Assembly (NCBI GenBank): GCA_017457865.1
Contig: JAFTGN010000095.1
Span: forward strand, 20,062 to 84,061
DNA: 64,000 nt
Direction of reading: 5' to 3'
Origin: Lachnospiraceae bacterium
GTDB lineage: Bacteria > Bacillota > Clostridia > Lachnospirales > Lachnospiraceae
The position numbers were made by a program, and so were the translations under genes. Of the stretch, positions 45,248 to 54,170 are shown piece by piece. The notes beneath the pieces are model-generated. The model ran no database searches, was not told the origin of the DNA, and was given only the letters and a program-made list of their open reading frames with translations. The first letter of the stretch is position 1, and every line of letters starts with the position of its first letter.

Positions 45248-46687
45248 ATGGCAAAAGAAATTTTAAATGAACCAGGTCTTCGCACCGCAGAAAATGCAAT
45301 GGCTTCCAGACCTGACTACGAAAGCGAGATCATTACAATCATCAAGGGGAATGACTCCCCGAGGGTGATACAGAAAAAATTGGAAGACTATCATGGAAAT
45401 GACATTGCGCAGGTCATGGATACCCTGAATCTACAGGAAAGAAAGAAATTGTATCGTATCTGCACTGTATCCATGCTGGCAGAGGCATTTGAACATCTGG
45501 AAGAAAACAGGGCAGGTTTATATCTCAACGAAATGGACTTGTCAAAAGCGGCTGCTGTGGTTTCTGAACTGGAAACCGACACCGCCGCAAATGTGCTTCA
45601 TGAAATTGAAAAGGAAAAGCGTTCCCTGATCATCGATGCATTGAAACCAGACATTCAAGAGGAAATCCGGCTGATTGCCTCTTTTGATGAGGATGAAATC
45701 GGCAGCCGTATGACTACCAACTGTATCGTCATCCGGGAAAATATCAGTGTGAAAGAAGCAATGAGCGAACTGGTGCGACAGGCAGAAGAAAATGACAACA
45801 TTTCCACCCTGTTTGTGGTAGATGAATTCCACGCTTTTTATGGCGCCATCGATTTGAAAGAATTGATCATCGCCAGAAATGGGACTTCTCTGGAAAATCT
45901 CATTGCCACTTCTTTCCCTTATGTGTATGCCCATGAAACCATAGATGATTGTATCGAAAAGCTGAAGAATTATTCCGAAGATTCCATCCCTGTTCTGGAC
46001 AACAGCAACAAGTTGTTAGGTGTCATCACCGCTCAAAGTATCATCGAAGTGGTAGACGATGAGATGGGGGAGGATTATGCAAGGCTGGCTGGTTTGACTG
46101 CGGAGGAAGATTTGCAGGAACCCCTTCGCCAAAGTATGAAAAAGCGTCTGCCATGGCTATTCATCCTGCTGGGACTGGGTTTGATTGTATCCGGTGTGGT
46201 CGGTACTTTTGAAAAAGTGATTGCACAACTGACTTTGATCATGGCATTCCAGTCGCTGATCCTGGATATGGCAGGTAATGTAGGTACCCAGTCGCTGGCG
46301 GTTACCATCCGGGTACTGATGGATGAAACGCTCACATTCAGGCAAAAGTTCCAGCTGGTCACCAAAGAAATGAAAGTGGGATTATGCAACGGACTGCTGC
46401 TTGGCAGTATTTCGTTTCTGTTTGTAGGATTATATATTCATTTCTTCAAGCAGAAAGAACTGCTCTTCTCTTTTGCAGTATCTGGATGCATCGGCATTTC
46501 CCTTATACTTGCCATGCTGATTTCCAGTGCAGTAGGAACATTGATTCCTCTGTTTTTTAAGAAGATTAAAATTGATCCTGCCGTCGCATCTGGTCCACTG
46601 ATCACCACCATCAACGATTTGGTGGCCGTGATCACTTACTATGGATTAAGCTGGATTTTGTTATTGAATATTCTGCATCTGGCATAA
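45248..46687 (+). CDS. mgtE: Magnesium transporter MgtE
   Basis: The 479-aa ORF has an N-domain, a CBS pair and a 5-TM C-terminal domain (GN.GTQS, PL..T..D). The ATG at 45248 (MAKEIL) is preceded by GAGAGG. The track ORF extension from 45047 covers the leader. Confidence 0.85.
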   Translation: MAKEILNEPGLRTAENAMASRPDYESEIITIIKGNDSPRVIQKKLEDYHGNDIAQVMDTLNLQERKKLYRICTVSMLAEAFEHLEENRAGLYLNEMDLSKAAAVVSELETDTAANVLHEIEKEKRSLIIDALKPDIQEEIRLIASFDEDEIGSRMTTNCIVIRENISVKEAMSELVRQAEENDNISTLFVVDEFHAFYGAIDLKELIIARNGTSLENLIATSFPYVYAHETIDDCIEKLKNYSEDSIPVLDNSNKLLGVITAQSIIEVVDDEMGEDYARLAGLTAEEDLQEPLRQSMKKRLPWLFILLGLGLIVSGVVGTFEKVIAQLTLIMAFQSLILDMAGNVGTQSLAVTIRVLMDETLTFRQKFQLVTKEMKVGLCNGLLLGSISFLFVGLYIHFFKQKELLFSFAVSGCIGISLILAMLISSAVGTLIPLFFKKIKIDPAVASGPLITTINDLVAVITYYGLSWILLLNILHLA

Positions 46688-46710
46688 ACATCTTTATTTT
46701 CATTCAAAGC

Positions 46711-46748
46711 ACACACCCTTTGGTACATCACTGCTCCAAAGGGCGTGT
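46711..46748. terminator. Hairpin between convergent mgtE and epimerase genes
   Basis: ACACACCCTTTGG / CCAAAGGGCGTGT stem with a 12-nt loop and no clear U-run. Confidence 0.35.
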
Positions 46749-46812
46749 ACTGGTCTTCTTCACAATTTCTAAATCAATGTCTCTTTCTTCCAAACTTCCA
46801 GGCAGTTCCCAA

Positions 46813-47718
46813 CTACTCCGCAATTTTCTCATCAATGTATGACAAATAGGGTCGTTTGTTCACCTCATCCATATGCTGCTCATACCACCTAAATGCCTCT
46901 TCCAGCCCTTCTTTTAGCGGTATGGTCGCTGGCATCAACTGTTTCTGCCTAGTCACATCCAATGCATATTCATACTCGTAAAAAGGGAAATAGGCTCTTT
47001 GCTCCGGTTCTTTGTAGACTGGCACCCATTCTGCCTGCTTACCTGCTGCTGCGTAACACAGCCAGACCCACTCCCGGATGGAAACCGGCTGTTCATTGCC
47101 TACATTGAAGATATGCTGGTTTGGTTTCTGTTTCAAAATCACTTCTATGAACCTGCATAAGTCTGCCACATGGAAAAACTGTAATTTCATCTCACCATCT
47201 TTGGGCAGATAAAACTTACGGTCTGCCATGGCACAGTCAAATACAAACGCTTCCCTGTACACATTGTTGTACGGACCATATAAATAAGGAGGACGCAAAA
47301 TATATGCATGGGGGACTTTTTCCTGTAACACCTGCTCTGCCGCAATTTTATTGGTGCCGTAGCTGCCCCAGAATTTGTTCTCTCCCAACGTGCCTTCTTC
47401 TAAGAAAGGCTGTGACGCTGTTTCCGGATAAACTGCACTGGAACTGATGAAAACGTACTCCCGAAAGGAAACGCCACTGTCTAGCAGGTGTGTCACATCC
47501 TCCGCAGTATACGCTGACACATCAATGATTGCATCAAAAGTTTTCCCTTTCAGCACATCACCAAGACTATGCCGGTCTGCCTGAATCAGTGTCGCCCCCG
47601 CTGGCTGCTTCCGGCTGTTCCGATTGAGTACGTAAACCTGATTTCCCTGTTTCACAAAGTATTCTGCCACATATTTGCTGACAAATACCGTTCCGCCTGT
47701 TATGAGTATGCTTTGCAT
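46813..47718 (-). CDS. NAD-dependent epimerase/dehydratase family protein (SDR extended)
   Basis: ILITGGTVFVSKY Rossmann motif. The ATG at 47718 (MQSILI) is preceded by GGAGG. Confidence 0.7.
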   Translation of the reverse strand: MQSILITGGTVFVSKYVAEYFVKQGNQVYVLNRNSRKQPAGATLIQADRHSLGDVLKGKTFDAIIDVSAYTAEDVTHLLDSGVSFREYVFISSSAVYPETASQPFLEEGTLGENKFWGSYGTNKIAAEQVLQEKVPHAYILRPPYLYGPYNNVYREAFVFDCAMADRKFYLPKDGEMKLQFFHVADLCRFIEVILKQKPNQHIFNVGNEQPVSIREWVWLCYAAAGKQAEWVPVYKEPEQRAYFPFYEYEYALDVTRQKQLMPATIPLKEGLEEAFRWYEQHMDEVNKRPYLSYIDEKIAE

Positions 47719-48018
47719 CACAAACCTCCATTGTTTTCCCAGAAGATACTCTCTGGATTTTACAGGCTCAATATAACATATTTTCCAACTGTAATTCAAT
47801 CCCTTCCACTCATTCAATACCTGTATCAAACCAAGTAAACGATTCAATCTGTGCATTTTTCCGGTCAGACCTTGTTATTTTTTTATGAATTTTTTCAATC
47901 ACACAACGAATGATTGCGTTTTTTGTCTTCTTTTGGTTTCCAGTTGATAGATTTCATTTCTTCGCACACGCCATTATTTGGTCATATTGCTGAATTTTTT
48001 GCTGATTTTTTATGCATA

Positions 48019-48047
48019 TTGACTTTATCTTCTACTTGTGCTAAGAT
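48019..48047 (+). promoter_or_regulatory. Candidate promoter of the HPr-like gene
   Basis: TTGACT, 17 nt, TAAGAT. Confidence 0.45.
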
Positions 48048-48079
48048 ATACTCGAACAAAATTGCAGGAGGTATTTGAG

Positions 48080-48337
48080 ATGATTGTATCTTTTGTTGAT
48101 TTGAGTTCTATCGACAAGGCAAAGAAATTTGTGGAAGCCGCTAAATTTTGTCCTTTCGATGTCCATCTGATTTCAGGTAATGAAAGAGTAGATGGAAAGT
48201 CCATTATTGGAATCTTTAGCCTGAATTTGATGAGACCGGTCCGCATGGAAACCAGCGGAGATGATGAATTCGAATTAAGAGAAAAATTAGGCAGTTTTAT
48301 GATTGAACCTATGCGTAAATCTGCAAGCGCCCGTTGA
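48080..48337 (+). CDS. HPr-family-like small protein (no canonical His15 context)
   Basis: The 85-aa ORF has VDGKSIIGIFSL, resembling the HPr Ser46 region (KS.MG..SL). The ATG at 48080 is preceded by GCAGGAGG. Confidence 0.5.
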   Translation: MIVSFVDLSSIDKAKKFVEAAKFCPFDVHLISGNERVDGKSIIGIFSLNLMRPVRMETSGDDEFELREKLGSFMIEPMRKSASAR

Positions 48338-48438
48338 TACGGACGCTTCCCCGGTTTCAAAACATAAAAATAACAGCCGCCGCCTATCCATTGTGCAAGC
48401 TTCCAGATAGGTGAGCGGCTTTTTATATTGTGTTTCTT

Positions 48439-50568
48439 TTACCGGCTTGTTTTCCGTTTCGGTTTCTGTTTTTCGCCTGTCAGAACCGTTTTTCTCTCTA
48501 CTGCCGGTTCTTTTTCATAATATTGTTTCACATCCGCAAACTGCCCTCTGATTCCATAGGGATTCTGGATGGTCTTCACTCCGTTTGTCCGCAGTGCTAC
48601 AAACCGTTCCAGCTTTTCCATATATTCCTCTGATGTGATGCTGCCTTCTGCTACATAGGAAAGCCCCTTTTCCCAGCTGGCTGTCAGTTCTGGATTGAGC
48701 ATCTGGCGCATGGAAGCATCTACCACATCATAAACCAGTTCTCCCAGCAATGCCGGAGTAATGATCTGGGTCTTTTGATTCAGCTTCAGATACCCGATGG
48801 TGAACAACTTCTTTAAAATCTCTGCTCTGGTTGCACTGGTGCCGATTCCACTGCCTTTGATCTGGGCACGGAGCTCCTCGTCTTCAATCAGCTGCCCTGC
48901 ATTTTCCATGGCAAGAATCATACTTCCGGTATTGTACCGTTTAGGCGGTGAGGTTTCTCCTTCCCGAATGGCAAACGCTTCTACCGGAATCATAGTGCCT
49001 TTTTTCAAAGAAGAGAGTAGCCGGATCAGTTCCGGATCATTTTTGATGTCCTGCTCTTCCTGCTGGCCATTTGCTTCTCCTGATTTTTCTTCTGTCTGCT
49101 CCTGCAAATTGGCAGTATCTGCCTTTTGCGACTTTGCACTGCCCTTCCCTGTATTGCGGCCTGCCACTACATAGTATCCTTCCTCTATCAATACCTTGAA
49201 ATTGGCAAACAGATGCTCTCCACGGCACACCAGCTCCAGTGCATATTTCTGATATACGGCTGGCGGATAAAAAATGCTCAAAAAACGACGGCAAATCAGC
49301 TCATAGACCCCTGCCTGAAGGCTTGAGAGCCGTCCTAAGCCATCACAGCCCTGTCCTGTGGGAATAATAGCATAGTGGTCTGTAATCTGCTTATCATTGA
49401 CGTAACGTGTTTTTGCAAGACCTTTGTAGCTTTCCTTCGCCAGAATCTCCTGCACAAAGGGAGCCACCTTTCCAAACCGGGACAGTCCACGAATGTTGCG
49501 ATGGATTTCCTTCGCCACCGCAGTGGACAACACTCTGGCATCGGTTCGGGGGTAGGTCACCATCTTTCGCTCATACAGTTCCTGCACCACTTGTAAAGTC
49601 TGGTCAGGACTGATCTTAAAACGTTTGGAACACTCGTTTTGCAATTCTGCCAGATTGAATAACAAAGGCGGATTCTTCTTCTCTTTCTTTCTGGAAATGG
49701 CTTCTGTCACCGCCTGTACCGGTTCCTCTTCCGTCATCCATGCAATCAGTTCTTCTGCCTTTTCCTTCTGGGCAAATCCATTTTCCTTATACAGATAAGG
49801 CGTTCCATAATACCTTGTACCAGGAACTGCCTTCCACTCGCTTTCAAAAGTATGTCCCTGCAAATTCATGGTACCGATGACACGGTAAAAGGGGGTTTTC
49901 ACAAAACTGCGGATTTCCCGCTCCCGTCTCACCACCATCCCAAGTACACAGGTCATGACACGTCCCACGGAGATCACCGTCCATTTGCTGTTCAGAAAAT
50001 GAGAGATCACCGGACCAAATTTCAGAGTCAGAGCTCTGGAAAAATTGATTCCCATCAGATAATCTTCCTTGGCTCGCAGATAAGCGGCTTCGCTTAAATG
50101 ATCATATTCGGACAGATCCTTTGCTTCTGCCACTCCACGGCGAATCTCTTCCTCTGTCTGGGAATCAATCCACACACGGCGGCGTTCCTTGCCCGTCACC
50201 CCTGCCATCTGCTCCACCAGACGGTAAATGTACTCTCCTTCCCGTCCCGAGTCAGTGCAGACATAAATCCGTTCTACGTCTGAACGATTCAAAAGGCCAG
50301 AGACAGTGCGAAACTGATCCTTCACACTGTCAATGACCTCATACTTCCACTCTTTCGGTAAAAATGGAATGGTATCCATACTCCACCGTTTCAGCGCTTC
50401 ATCATATACTTCAGGATAGCTCATTGTGACCAGATGCCCTACGCACCAAGTCACAATGGCTGTCTCTGATTCTACATACCCATTTTGCCTTCTGCCATTG
50501 ACACCCAGAACCCTTGCAAATTCCTGTGCCACACTTGGCTTCTCTGCAATAAATAAATGTTTTCCCAT
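48439..50568 (-). CDS. topB: DNA topoisomerase III
   Basis: 709 aa. It has the Toprim N-terminus LFIAEKPSVA, type IA motifs, and a basic C-terminal tail. Confidence 0.85.
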   Translation of the reverse strand: MGKHLFIAEKPSVAQEFARVLGVNGRRQNGYVESETAIVTWCVGHLVTMSYPEVYDEALKRWSMDTIPFLPKEWKYEVIDSVKDQFRTVSGLLNRSDVERIYVCTDSGREGEYIYRLVEQMAGVTGKERRRVWIDSQTEEEIRRGVAEAKDLSEYDHLSEAAYLRAKEDYLMGINFSRALTLKFGPVISHFLNSKWTVISVGRVMTCVLGMVVRREREIRSFVKTPFYRVIGTMNLQGHTFESEWKAVPGTRYYGTPYLYKENGFAQKEKAEELIAWMTEEEPVQAVTEAISRKKEKKNPPLLFNLAELQNECSKRFKISPDQTLQVVQELYERKMVTYPRTDARVLSTAVAKEIHRNIRGLSRFGKVAPFVQEILAKESYKGLAKTRYVNDKQITDHYAIIPTGQGCDGLGRLSSLQAGVYELICRRFLSIFYPPAVYQKYALELVCRGEHLFANFKVLIEEGYYVVAGRNTGKGSAKSQKADTANLQEQTEEKSGEANGQQEEQDIKNDPELIRLLSSLKKGTMIPVEAFAIREGETSPPKRYNTGSMILAMENAGQLIEDEELRAQIKGSGIGTSATRAEILKKLFTIGYLKLNQKTQIITPALLGELVYDVVDASMRQMLNPELTASWEKGLSYVAEGSITSEEYMEKLERFVALRTNGVKTIQNPYGIRGQFADVKQYYEKEPAVERKTVLTGEKQKPKRKTSR

Positions 50569-50629
50569 GCATTCTCCTGATCACCCATGCATACGCATGT
50601 GGTGCGAGAATCCTATCTCGTAGAATTCT

Positions 50630-51715
50630 TTATTTTGCAGTGATATATCCCTTTGCAGTCAGCAGCTCTGCGGTCAATACAGCTCCGCCTGCCGCACCAC
50701 GCAGTGTGTTGTGGGACAAACCCACGAACTTATAATCATAAACTTTGTCTTCTCTCAAACGACCCATGGAAATGCCCATGCCGTTCTCGAAATCACGGTC
50801 AAACTTGGCCTGTGGACGGTTGTCTTCCTCACAGTATTGAATAAACTGCTTCGGTGCGCTTGGCAGTTCTAACTCCTGTGGAACACCCTTGTAGTTCACC
50901 CACTTCTCAATGATCTGTTCCTTGGTAGGCTTCTTTGCAAAGTTTACAAATACAGCGGCTGTATGTCCATCAGACACTGGTACACGGATACACTGGCTGG
51001 TAATGACCGGAGTAGATGCTTTCTCAATGACACCATTCTGAATGGTACCCCAGATCTTCAATGGCTCCTGCTCAGACTTTTCTTCCTCACCACCAATGAA
51101 TGGAATCACATTGTCAATCATCTCCGGCCAATCCTTAAAGGTCTTGCCTGCACCGGAAATGGCCTGATAAGTGGTTGCAACCACAACAGTAGGCTCAAAC
51201 TCCTTCAATGCGTGCAGCGCTGGTGTATAACTCTGGATGGAGCAGTTTGGTTTTACTGCAATGAACCCTCTCTCTGTGCCCAGACGCTTTCTCTGACTTG
51301 GGATGATATCAATATGCTCTGGATTCAATTCCGGCACTACCATCGGCACATCCGGTGTCCAGCGGTGTGCGCTGTTGTTGGAGACAACCGGTGTCTCAGC
51401 CTTTGCATAGGCTTCCTCAATGGCTTTGATCTCATCCTTGCTCATATCCACTGCACTGAATACAAAGTCTACCTGTGCAGCAATTTCCTCTACATTATTT
51501 ACATTCAATACAATCTTACTCTTTACGGATTCCGGCATTGGAGTGGTCATCTTCCAACGATCTCCTACTGCCTCTTCATAGGTCTTGCCTGCTGATCTTG
51601 GGCTGGCAGCCACACATACAACTTCAAACCATGGATGATTCTCCAGCAAAGACACAAAACGCTGTCCTACCATACCAGTTGCTCCAAGTACACCTACACG
51701 CAATTTCTTATCCAT
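50630..51715 (-). CDS. asd: Aspartate-semialdehyde dehydrogenase
   Basis: LRVGVLGATGMVGQRF Rossmann N-terminus and active-site region PNCSIQ. The ATG at 51715 is preceded by AGGAGG. Confidence 0.9.
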   Translation of the reverse strand: MDKKLRVGVLGATGMVGQRFVSLLENHPWFEVVCVAASPRSAGKTYEEAVGDRWKMTTPMPESVKSKIVLNVNNVEEIAAQVDFVFSAVDMSKDEIKAIEEAYAKAETPVVSNNSAHRWTPDVPMVVPELNPEHIDIIPSQRKRLGTERGFIAVKPNCSIQSYTPALHALKEFEPTVVVATTYQAISGAGKTFKDWPEMIDNVIPFIGGEEEKSEQEPLKIWGTIQNGVIEKASTPVITSQCIRVPVSDGHTAAVFVNFAKKPTKEQIIEKWVNYKGVPQELELPSAPKQFIQYCEEDNRPQAKFDRDFENGMGISMGRLREDKVYDYKFVGLSHNTLRGAAGGAVLTAELLTAKGYITAK

Positions 51716-51852
51716 ATTTATCCTCCTAGTCAATCCAGATTGCATCGTATGCCCAAAACGGCATTGTTCTCATCACAACCTGACATTCATTTGACAGAAT
51801 CAAAAAACCTGTCTTCTATATAGAATAGCGAAAAACTGCCGTTGTGTCAACG

Positions 51853-51889
51853 AAAAAAAGAGCATCTGTCAAAAACAAATACTCTTTTT
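51853..51889 (-). terminator. Intrinsic terminator after the zinc-ribbon gene
   Basis: AGAGCATCTGT / ACAAATACTCT stem (with G-U pairs), flanked by an A-run and a T-run. Confidence 0.5.
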
Positions 51890-51924
51890 CTGATTTTCCT
51901 CTTAATATACAGGATTTTACTTCA

Positions 51925-52518
51925 TTATGCAATGGGATTTCCGCAGCTGCTACAGAAGGAAGCATCCGCTGACACCTTTTTCCCACAATGAGAACAGAAT
52001 TTTTCTTTCTGTACTTTCATCTTCTCCACTGTGTCTTCTGCCTTATCCTCTACAATGTCAGCCACATCTTCTACCTTTTCTTTTATCGCATTCGCTGCAT
52101 CCTCTACCTTGTCCTCTGCAGCTTCTGCCAGATCCTTCACTACATCCACTGCGTCTGCCACAACATTCTCTGCCTCCTGAGCCTGTGCTGCGGCTTCCTG
52201 TTTCTGGGCTTCTCTTGCAGCTGCCAACTCTGCTGCGGCCTCCTTGATCTTTTCAATCTCCTTCTCATACAGATCAATGGCTTCCAGAGAAGTGGTGATG
52301 GCAGCCAACTGCTCTGCAATGCCTTCTGTCTCTGGTGTCTCATCCTTGTGCGCCTCATAGTACAGCTCGCCTAACTTGCTGTATGCATCTTTGATCTTAC
52401 CCTTCTCGGTTGCAATCTGTCCTTTCAGCTTGGTGGTATCTGCCACTTCCTTCGCCTTATCTGCCACCTGCTTGCTGCCGGACATCACCTTTTGCTTCAA
52501 TTCATCAAAAAATGCCAT
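51925..52518 (-). CDS. Coiled-coil protein with C-terminal zinc ribbon (hypothetical)
   Basis: The 197-aa ORF is rich in Ala/Glu/Lys helices and ends in CSHCG...CSSCG. The ATG at 52518 is preceded by GGAGGG. Confidence 0.55.
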   Translation of the reverse strand: MAFFDELKQKVMSGSKQVADKAKEVADTTKLKGQIATEKGKIKDAYSKLGELYYEAHKDETPETEGIAEQLAAITTSLEAIDLYEKEIEKIKEAAAELAAAREAQKQEAAAQAQEAENVVADAVDVVKDLAEAAEDKVEDAANAIKEKVEDVADIVEDKAEDTVEKMKVQKEKFCSHCGKKVSADASFCSSCGNPIA

Positions 52519-52683
52519 TTGAACCCTCCATTCTGAAGTACCCCTCGTACTTCCTGTTTTTCCTCCATCTACTCCCGTCAAAACCATCTGGATTGCATTT
52601 ATCAATCTGAGCTTTGATAAATTTATCATACACGAAAAAAACGAGACTTGCAAGACCTCCCCTGGAAGAATTCTTACAAAATT

Positions 52684-53412
52684 CTAACATCCCCCACTAT
52701 AGAGCATGTCATGCAAAGAAACCTGTACCAATTGTTCCATGTGTGTCTGCCGCTCTCCACGATAACAGATGGCCAGTGCAGTATCCTCTGTGAGATACCA
52801 GCTTCTACCGTGAAGAAGTTCCGATGTCTGATCAGAATGATCAAAATTTTGTTCTGTGCCCATCCCGGAAGGAATTTCCAGTCTACCGTCCTCCATCCAG
52901 CCAAGGGTTCGCAAATCAAGAGTAATGCCTCTGCCATCCATTTTTCCCATGGCTTCTTTCCGACTCCAAAGCAACGCAAACAGTTGTTCCTTCTGTCCTC
53001 TCGCTTCTGCCTGTGCCAGCCATGCCAGCTCCTGTGCACTACAGCATCGTGTCTGCAATGTATGTGTTACAGTTCGTATTTCCTGCATGTCTACCCCCAG
53101 TTCCCGACTGCCAATGGCGCAGCATACCCCTGTATTACAATGGCTGAAATTGAAATACCTTCCATCGTCTGTATGTGCCTGCTCCTGTACATACAGCTTG
53201 CCATTCCTTTTACGAACGATTTCTGGCAATGGTTCCCCAAATTCCTGTCGCCATCCCATGCACAACAAATGCCAGCACAGCAGACTACGTAGTCGGTCTT
53301 CTTCCCTTCTATATCGTAAAATCCGAGGTTTGTGTACTTCCGGCACCTGCGCTAGAAGCTGTGCTTCCAACTCCTGTGCAACAGGTGGAAGCTGCATACA
53401 AATATAAATCAT
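52684..53412 (-). CDS. 4'-phosphopantetheinyl transferase (Sfp type)
   Basis: FNFSH, GVDMQEI and WSRKEA motifs. Confidence 0.7.
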   Translation of the reverse strand: MIYICMQLPPVAQELEAQLLAQVPEVHKPRILRYRREEDRLRSLLCWHLLCMGWRQEFGEPLPEIVRKRNGKLYVQEQAHTDDGRYFNFSHCNTGVCCAIGSRELGVDMQEIRTVTHTLQTRCCSAQELAWLAQAEARGQKEQLFALLWSRKEAMGKMDGRGITLDLRTLGWMEDGRLEIPSGMGTEQNFDHSDQTSELLHGRSWYLTEDTALAICYRGERQTHMEQLVQVSLHDMLYSGGC

Positions 53413-53442
53413 AAAGTTGTGACTCCCAGATGTTTCTACACA

Positions 53443-53913
53443 TTATCTGCCAATATAATACACCAAAAGCGCAACTACAATACCTGTCACACAACCGGCT
53501 GCCACCTGTCGCAAAGTATGTCCCTGGGATTCATTTAGATCATTGCTCAAAAGTTCATAACCAATGGCTTTATTGAATGCATCAGACATCTGATTCAGGG
53601 TCACTGCATGTACCCCTACATAACGTCTTACTCCTACCGCATCCCGCAATACCACCACTGCAAATATGGCAGACAAGGCAAATATAGCAGAATCAAAACC
53701 CTGATATAATCCCACCGCACAGCAAAGAGAGGCCACGGTGGCAGAATGGGCACTGGGCATTCCCCCATCCGCAAATAACAAACTTAACCGCACCCGTCTG
53801 GTCAACACAAAATTCACAAACACCTTTCCAAACTGCGCCACTGCCCAGCCAATGATACTGCTGATTAAAATCCGATTTCTCAGTAAATCCCAAAAAAATT
53901 GCATGTTTTTCAT
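53443..53913 (-). CDS. Divergent PAP2 family membrane protein (DUF212)
   Basis: GGMPSAHSA motif and 4 TM helices. 156 aa. Confidence 0.75.
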   Translation of the reverse strand: MKNMQFFWDLLRNRILISSIIGWAVAQFGKVFVNFVLTRRVRLSLLFADGGMPSAHSATVASLCCAVGLYQGFDSAIFALSAIFAVVVLRDAVGVRRYVGVHAVTLNQMSDAFNKAIGYELLSNDLNESQGHTLRQVAAGCVTGIVVALLVYYIGR

Positions 53914-53962
53914 CCTCTTTCGATTTTCTCTTCTGACAATACGCAGAATATACAGAAAAGGA

Positions 53963-53991
53963 TTGACAAATACTTGTAAATCCCTTATAAT
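53963..53991 (+). promoter_or_regulatory. Consensus sigma-A promoter of the tRNA gene
   Basis: TTGACA, 17 nt, TATAAT. It ends 14 nt before the mature tRNA 5' end. Confidence 0.65.
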
Positions 53992-54005
53992 GATATCGTT
54001 GTTAA

Positions 54006-54078
<73 letters not shown>

Positions 54079-54096
54079 TTTTTGTTACCTGTTTTT

Positions 54097-54126
54097 CCGG
54101 AGTCAGAACCATCTGACTCCGGTTTT
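54097..54126 (+). terminator. Intrinsic terminator after tRNA-Thr
   Basis: CCGGAGTCAGA / TCTGACTCCGG stem, 4-nt loop, then TTTT. Confidence 0.7.
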
Positions 54127-54130
54127 CATA

Positions 54131-54149
54131 TAATAGGAAATTCCTATTA
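54131..54149. repeat. 19-bp palindrome TAATAGGAAATTCCTATTA (copy 2 of 2)
   Basis: See 38838-38856. It is followed by a second palindrome, AGAAAAGAATTCTTTTCT (54154-54171). Confidence 0.6.
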
Positions 54150-54170
54150 CACAAGAAAAGAATTCTTTTC

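Noticed and set aside
52648-53407. 214-aa and 183-aa plus-strand ORFs opposite the phosphopantetheinyl transferase gene.
   Set aside because: The minus-strand frame carries the FNFSH, GVDMQEI and WSRKEA PPTase motifs. The plus-strand products have no recognisable features.
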